Assembly: GCA_964035545.1 (NCBI GenBank)
Contig: OZ037767.1
Span: 28,846,628-28,910,627, forward strand
Direction: 5' to 3'
DNA length: 64,000 nt
From: Bugula neritina
Lineage: Eukaryota > Animalia > Bryozoa
Each line of letters begins with the position of its first letter. Within the stretch, counting starts at the first letter, position 1. This document shows, piece by piece, positions 56,111 through 64,000 of this stretch. A model generated the notes under the pieces. That model did not search any database. It was not told where the DNA came from and saw nothing but the letters and a program-made list of their open reading frames with translations. The position numbers and the translations under genes are program-made.

Positions 56111-59100
56111 CAGGGTTGGGGTAATTGTAATTTGTAATTGTAATTGGTTGTAATTAATTACATTTTTTCAAGTAATTGAATGTAATTTGTAATTGATGTA
56201 TAAAAATGTAATTGTAATTGTAATTGTAATTAATTATATTGCTAATGTAATTGATTTTTACAATTACTTTATAATTACATATCAATTACTTCGTATTATT
56301 TTTAACTCCTAAATTTGGTTTATACCTTTTTACCATAGCTACTGTTTAATAAGAAGTTCAAACTAATTCAAAATAGTATTGCATCACTCTACTACTCACT
56401 CCTAAGATTTCTCAGTGCAGTTGGATCCAGAGAGTGAGATTGCATAACTTATATTTGTCTTTTGTAAGATCAAAGGAGGTTATACACTAATTCACACCAA
56501 CGTATAGATGGATTTTAGCGTTGGAAGAAGTTATGTAAACATGTAAAGGCATGGCTAATTAATAGGTAGAGGGAGTCAATTCCATTTAAAGTTTTCACCA
56601 ATGTGAAATAAGAATAAAGGATGTTAATAGGGCTGCTAACACCTAGAAGGTAGCCAGTAAAAGAGATGTTGGAACAACATTACAAAATCTACTTATCTCC
56701 ATTGAAATTATCACCTAATTAATGCAAGCTTTCAAGGCCCACCTGTAGCCTGCTATAAAATTGGCCATGAATAAAGAAGAAGTTCATTCTGCATTGAGAA
56801 TTCTCTAAGCTAACACTGCAGCTCTAACAGTATGACTCAAGTTTGGGACCACTTCATTTTACCTGAAGGTTATGACAAGAGCGAAAACAACTTTAAAGCC
56901 AAATGCAAACATTGCTCATCATCCATCTCAGGATCCAGAAAAGCAACATCTAACTTTGTGACACATTTAAAGGTAAAGTTTGACAATTTATACATTCTAT
57001 TAATATCTTAGTTCTACACATAATGATACTATATTGTTTGACTGAGTTTATATGTTATTTAGTTTTATGAATATGATGACATAGCTTAGACATTAGATAT
57101 ATAAAACAGCTTGTCTAATAGACAAGCTATTTTATCTATCTGTTCAAAACAAAGCAACATGAATACATATATCACTTAAATGTTTAACTCTTGCTGTCTG
57201 CACTGTGTTTTTACAGAGGAAGCACAAAGATGTCCATTTGTCTCATAAACCAGCCAACATAGCCTCCTGTCAGTCAACTTTAAACACATTTGTTGTACCA
57301 ATTAAAAAGTACGGGCCCTGTGATTCACGACAGAAACAGATCACAGATCTTTTGGTGAAGACGATTGCTGGTGACTTGCTTCCACTTTCTTTTGTGGAAA
57401 GTGAAAACTTCAGGAGCCTAATGCAAACGACAGAACCTCGTTACACTATGCCCAGCCGGAAGCACTTAACCACCACCCTTATTCCAAACAAGGTCAAGGA
57501 AGTAGACAGAATAATGCGGGCACAACTGAAAAATGCTTCTTCAGTGTGTATTACTGTGGATATGTGGTCCAATCGACAGATGAAGGGGTTCATTGGGATT
57601 ACCGGTCATTACATCTTAAACTGGACCCTTCAATCTGTCATGCTAGCCTGCTCTCGTTTTCAAGGCCGTCACACTGCAGACAAGATCTCTGATCAGGTAG
57701 ATGAGACGCTAGCATACTTTGGAATTGATGACAAGGTTACGAATATAACTACTGATAATGCAGCAAACATGACTAAGGCATTTGGCTTACCAGGGTTTGA
57801 GAGCATAAAGGATAATGAAGAGGATTCAGATGAAGATGACAAAATGAATTATGAGGAAACAGGTGTGGAGCATGATCCATGCTTTGCACACACACTGCAG
57901 TTAGTGGTAAAGGATGGACTTAAGCAAGCTGGGTCATTAACTAAAGTTCTTTCTAAAGCAGCTCACATTGTTAGTTTTATAAGGCGATCAACTTTAGCCA
58001 CGGACATCCTTGAAGGTGAGCGGCGAGTCCAAGCTGCAACCTGCACTAGATGGAATTCACAACTTTTGATGATTCGGTCTATCTTGCGATTGTCAGAAGA
58101 AAGAATTGCAGACCTTGGTTGCCCAAAACTATTAACAAATGATCGTAAAACTCTAGAGGATGTGTGTGATATACTTGTGCCATTTGAAAAGGCCACACAT
58201 GCAGTGCAGGGTGACCAGGGTGTCACAGCTAGTTTTGTAATACCATGCATCCGTGGAACAAAACTTCAACTGGCGGAGATGGCACAGAAGTACAATTGCC
58301 GGTTTGTGTTGGCTCTGCAAACATCTTTTATGAAGCGCATGGCTTTGTACGAGAATAAGGAAGTCTTTCTCCTGGCGACAGCCCTTGATCCTCGCTTTAA
58401 ACTAAAGTGGTGCCAGGGGTCAGAGTTGGAGAAACTGACAACTGATCTAGTGCACAAAGCTGAGCGAGTGGCCGCAGTTAAAGAACCTTCTATTGAAGAA
58501 ACAGAGCCCCCTGCAAAGAAACCAAAACTGGATGGTGATTTCTTTGACTTTTTCCTCGAGTCACAGCCGGTAGTCAATACTCCATCATCTAATGCAAAGC
58601 AAGAAGTAGAGGAGTATCTTGCTGCCCCCCTCCTGGAAAGAACCAAAGACCCGATGACTTTTTGGGGGGTGAATGATTCAAAATACCCTCATTTGGCTAC
58701 TCTTGCTGCCAGGTACTTGGCAGTGCCAGCTTCCTCTGCCTCTGTAGAACGCTTGTTTAGTGTTGGAGGAAAAATTTTCAGGCCTGATAGATGTTGCCTA
58801 TCAGATCATGTGTTTGAAAATCTTATGTTTTTAAAATGCAATGGACATTTGTAAATGGAGCAAATAAACTTTTGATTAATATCAAGTAAAATAGTTATTA
58901 TTAATTTTTTGAATACAAATAATTGTTACTAATGGTGTGGCTAATAAAATTTAAAAAATGATGAAACTATGTTCCTATTCTTTCTGGTTTGGTGTCAAAG
59001 TAATTGTAATTGTAATTAATTACATTGCAATGTAATTGTAATTGTAATTAATTACATTACGTTTCAACTGTAATTGTAATTGTAATTGTAATTGATAAAT

Positions 59101-59157
59101 TCTCATGTAATTGTAATTGTAATTAATTACATTCATTTGTAATTGACCCCAACCCTG
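56111..59157 (+). mobile_element. Autonomous hAT (Ac/ZBED-like) DNA transposon, 3047 bp
   Basis: Exact 8-bp TSD GTATCTAG (56103-56110, 59158-59165); TIR cagggttggggt; arrays of subterminal (taattg)n at both ends. Confidence 0.96.
56832..58854 (+). CDS. hAT transposase with BED zinc finger, 2 exons (56832-56972, 57217-58854), 592 aa
   Basis: Exon 1 VWDHF...AKCKHC...TSNFVTHLK splices in frame to RKH; catalytic/structural motifs TVDMW, TTDNAANM, CFAHTLQL, TRWNS, LDPRFK, SASVERLFS; no stops. Confidence 0.94.
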
Positions 59158-61858
59158 GTATCTAGACTACTACAGCTGAAAAACAGTAACACGAGTATTT
59201 ATTCAGTAGTCAGAAATTCTCAAGAGTTATGGTCCAAAATATGTAAACATAAAATGCACAAAGTACCCTTCAAAAACAAATCCATCTAGTTTCTTGGAAC
59301 TGAATTGATGCTGCAGTGTGACCTCACTCTGTAACAAATAAAATAGCTAATACAAAACATGATGCTATAGCGCCAATAAAATAAATGTTCTATTTGTTGC
59401 CAAATCACCTCTAATAGAGGAACCGGTAATAACTTCATTGACTGAGCAAATGCTGTTTCAGCATTGCAGAAATGACATTTAGTCAACTATTCAACTTCTG
59501 ACCAGAACAATTTTGTCCTATTGAAGAAAAGAGCATAAGTGTTTAGTGTACATACTAACTGTCACTTTAGGAATTATAAACTACACATAAGCAACAAATG
59601 TGTTCAAGCAATGTTAATGTTACCCAACCTATTGCATCGCATGTTATAAACTTCCAGTAATACCTCTGCAACGTCATGCTGCTCATTAGAGGTGAAGCCT
59701 CTAAAAATAAAATATGTATGTAAAAAAAGCCTCAATTGGTGGCTATTCTTGATTAAAATGTCAATTATACATTTGGTTTTTGATAAGGGATTTGAAATTT
59801 ATCGTTAGCCATGAAATTCAACCCTTGATCTGTGGAATTACTACTGGCACAATAACAAATGAAGCATATATAATAAAAAAAACACTAAAGTGAGACCAAA
59901 AGACCAAAACAGTGATCTACTACTTGATTAGAGTATGAAAAAACATGACTATTTATTCCCTATATAAATATAAGAAGTTAATTTAAATCTAAGTTTAAAG
60001 TCATAATAATCCCCTAAGAAAAAGATAAATTAAAATTACGTACTCACAATTTACTTGTATAGTTTAAATACATGCATTTAAAAAGCATGTATTTCCAAAA
60101 TTAGTTATGACTCTGTAGTCTGTAAAAATTATCGAAACAACAGGACCATTACAATGAATGCTAAACAATGAATATTCTTGACTTCAAATTATATAATCAG
60201 AACAACAATCTGGCTTAAAAAACCTAGACTTTTTGGCTTATTTAATATGAAAAAGACTGTTACCCTCACAAGACGAATGTCAAATACACTATATCTGCAC
60301 CACAAGACCAAAATGAGTCTTAACAGGGTATAAAATGGGTTTTAAGATAACATGTGACTGAGTGCTATAGCCATTTCATTAAACACATATATGTTTAAGT
60401 TCAACTGTATCAATATGAAAGTTTGATGCACTTTTTCTCAACGACTTGAATAAAACACTCAAGTAGTTTAAGTATTACTATCCATCTTGTCTTAGACTTA
60501 CTAATTATTAATCAATATACTATAAGTATAGTTATAAACTTATATTTATATTACAATACCAATTAACAATTACTGGTTAGTGAATTACATATATATTTAA
60601 ATGAATTAAAATAAACATAAGATAAGCAGATGTGAATCACTACTACAGTATTAGAATAAGAATACCAATACAATTATGAATTATTATTAATAATAATATA
60701 AAATTATATTAAAATACTAATAATAATACTACACTTTATATAATGACAATAATTATCATTATCATTATGATTATATTATTATTATTAATATTAATAATTA
60801 ATTAATTACTAAAATATTATTAATTAACATAATACTAATACTTATACTAAGTTTATTCGTAATAAAAGGCGGTAATAGTAATACTAATAGACAATAGTAA
60901 TAGAACTAGTAGCACTAACTTCAATAGTTATACTAATAGTAATAGTATTACATTTACTATTAGTATTACTATTAGTATTAGTAATATAATTATTACAATT
61001 ATAATAAATGTAATTCAATACCTAAAGTTAAAATGATCGTAATCTATAAGTATAAGTATAAGTTAATATATAATTATCACTATAACTACAAGTATAAGTA
61101 TAACTTATTAACTATAAGTATAAGTATATTAATTATTATTAATATTATTAATTAAACGCTATTAGTATTAGTATTAGTAAAAGAAATACTATTAGTATTA
61201 CAGTATTACTATTAGTATTACTATTGTGTATTAGTATTATTAATATTTCTATTAATAATAATATTAATAATAATAATATTAATAATCTTAATCATAATGT
61301 TATTATTTATTAAATTTAATAAGTAATATGATTATTATTTTATTTTAATTATTTAGTTAAAAAATGCTATTAATAATTTATAAGCAGATTGAGCTTACCC
61401 ATCTCTAGCTTCAATTGTTATATTGGAAAGTCGAAGTGAAAATTTTAGGTTCAAGCAAAAAGATGTAAGCTGTTCAGTTGAAGGGGTGTACTTGTAGAGA
61501 TGAAGATATCGCGTTGGGTGTGAGGGATGAAATAGACTAAGTACTTAACACGTTGCCGAGGTTTTCTTAATGCAAGATTATTTTAGTAATAGAGTTGTGT
61601 CATTTTTCAACTAAAACCTATGCTTCGTGCATACACGATAGTATTACGTAGCGAAGGCTAAAAAGATTGCTCGGTTGAGTACTTTTGCGCCGTTTCTGCT
61701 GAAATTTCCGCTTTTCCGTTTACGCAGTTTACAAAAACCGCTCAGATTGAAAAAGTTTCAGTTTGAGTTTGTGTTAACAATAACTCTAGTACTAGTACTA
61801 GTATTAGTTTTGATCTTGACCTCGTTTACTCATTTGTACCAAAAATTTTAAATAGACT

Positions 61859-64000
61859 ATGACTGAGAGAAAGACTTTGAACGTAAGTATAATCTAGTGT
61901 TATTTATTCATTATTGATAATCATAATCATTATGATTATGATAATGATTATGATTATCATAATCTTTGTTAAGTTATTTAAAATAAATAACAATGACATT
62001 ATCATAATGGCATTATTGTTTATTTTAAATAACTTTTAACTTCAAGTTTAGGTATAACACCAACAGTCGGCATAACCATAAATCATTTGGATTTATTCAA
62101 GGCAAATATTTATTATTTATATTGACCTCAAAAAGGTTCACCATCACCATGGGCATGAGTGATCACTAATTACTAATTAGTATATAATAATAATTGTGTG
62201 GTACCACTCAAGTGATTGTATAGAGTAGACATAATGGTTGCACTTATAGACGTTAGATTGTGCTCATTCACGCTGATTATTTTGTTATAATCAAAATGAA
62301 GAAAACTATCAGTATCAGTATTGCAATATAAATATCATTGTAGTTTCTTACCAAGAACCATTAGAGACACCAGAGTGAATATAAAAAATAATTAACACAA
62401 TTTTCAATTTTCAGTCAAACTGATTTCAAGCTATAATAAAACGAGACACTTCTATGACATAACGTTCCCAATTGTTCGATATCTTCAAAGGTACTTGTTC
62501 TATGCTGTATAGTTCAAGCTTTCAAATACAATGTTTAATTAGAATAAAAATGTTACGAGTAAGTTGAATAAATGTGTACTTTATCTCTTAGTCTCATTAT
62601 GACATGGTATCAGTTAGTTGAGTTTGTGATACCTTAAGATATAGATAAATGTTGCATCCCTTCAAACTGTAGGTAAAACACATTCATTTTTACTCCTACT
62701 TTTAAATAGAGTGTGCTCATTTAGCATAAAATGGCTGACCAAGGTTATTCAACATAAAAGTGTAAATTAATTTAAAAGGTTGAATTGTTTTAGAGATACT
62801 ACCCAGTGGACTATGATCCTGCTAAAATTCCTAAGCTCAAAACCAAGCAGAAGGAGCAAAACCGTTTGTGGGGTATTCGAGTGATGGCCCCTTTTAATAT
62901 GAGGTACTTGTGGATCTTGCTAACTGCCATTATGAAGAACTTAGATAACATATCAAGCATTAAAACTATTTTTTTATGACTACTTCTTATTTTGTGGACA
63001 GTTCATTATCAATGTTATATATCATGTATTATTTCAAAAATGTTACCTGTGTGATTTGATAAAAACAGATCTATCTAATTTCTATTCTTTATTTCAATAA
63101 TTAATATTTGTATTTATGCAGATGTAATACATGTGGAGACTACATCTACAAGGGTAAAAAGTTTAACTCAAAAAAGGAGACGGTTTCAAATGAAGATTAT
63201 CTGGGAATAGAGATTCACAGGTTTTATATTAGATGCCCAAAATGTGTAGCTGTTATAGCTTTCAAGGTAGGCCTTGGTATTCCCCTAGTCCGTTAATACG
63301 ACCTCATTTATAATAATTAGCAATATAATTTGTTTTAGCACCACATTGGCGCCCGTGTATTCATTAACCTTTGAACTTTCGAAGCATTTCAGTTATTCTG
63401 AAATAACTACAAACTCACACTGGAGGCGATGCATCTGCCAATAATTTTAGATCAGAATTGCCAATTCTGGCAGACTCTTTTTTTAGTGATTTTTAACTTT
63501 AGAATAGATGCGTATTAGTAATTGACTATTAATAATTGATCATTAGTAATTGACTATTAGGAGTTGAGTGAGTTTACAGCTGCAAGTTTTGCTGTAGACT
63601 GACCCCAAGAACTGTGACTACACCCTGGAAACAGGCGCAACCAGAAACTTTGAAGCTGCTAAAACTTTAATGGAGCAGGAAAAGAAAAAGCAGCAAGCAA
63701 TAGAAGATGAAGAGGCAGCAAATCCTATGAAGGTCAGCGCCATATAAAAGCCTCACTCTTCTGGCAGAAATTATTAGTTGTATCTATTACCTAGGTTAAA
63801 AGATCTATTCAATTGAAGTTGAATAATTAGATTATTTAAGTTTTATAATTGTTGATGCCATTTTATTTCATCATTTATGCATGAGCTGATGCATTACTGA
63901 GCTCATTTCTGGAGTATTGCATGTGGTGAAATTTAAGGTGCTAGAAAATCGAACAAAACAGAGCCGTAATGAGATGGACACGATGGAAGCTTTGACTGAG
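61859..64000 (+). CDS. YJU2: YJU2 copy 2, exons 1-5, truncated by the window end
   Basis: Exons 61859-61882, 62794-62903, 63122-63266, 63598-63732, 63938->64000; protein appears identical to copy 1 over this span, introns carry small indels. Confidence 0.88.

Larger units (their letters stand above)
55720..60119 (-). pseudogene. Ubiquitin-specific protease (peptidase C19) pseudogene, multi-exon, interrupted by the hAT element
   Basis: Cys box ITNFGNTCFLNACI* (60119-60064; stop where Q is expected), Asp box GFTSNEQHDVAEVL (59700-59630), KCHFC...LLPVPL (~59486-59420), KKLDGF, then CSSLDT|TVQ...KVLAITLKRFD (frame continuous once the hAT is removed), decayed His box EHSG (~55830). Confidence 0.8.

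Noticed and set aside
57963-58646. Minus-strand ORFs inside the transposase, and similar antisense ORFs over YJU2 exon 7
   Set aside because: Shadow ORFs of real plus-strand coding sequence.

Overview
AT-rich, intron-containing animal genomic DNA, probably a lophotrochozoan invertebrate (inferred from mollusc-type p53-family motifs). The left 42 kb holds five spliced genes: a CCR4/Nocturnin/Angel/PDE12-family EEP nuclease (+, 1127-5174), a single p53/p63/p73-family gene (-, 5596-19940; TAD-DBD-OD-SAM-TID, 629 aa in my model), WRAP73 head-to-head with it (+, 21603-26862), LSG1 (-, 27937-34691) and YJU2 (+, 38509-42139). The right 22 kb is a rearranged accessory zone. It contains a long-TIR non-autonomous hAT element, a 93-aa tandem CCCH zinc-finger gene missed by the ORF track, copied YJU2 and LSG1 fragments, a USP pseudogene split by an intact hAT transposon, and a second YJU2 copy running off the window. 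The most notable candidate system is the p53-family locus. It has two intronic alternative first exons, each downstream of p53 response elements (one a 20/20 consensus match) and CCAAT boxes, candidate SAM-less and TID-less C-termini, and a TAD whose MDM2-contact residues are substituted (F19>Y, W23>L). Together these suggest self-limiting control by DeltaN isoforms rather than by MDM2. All gene models were assembled by eye from splice signals and reading frame; no database search was run.
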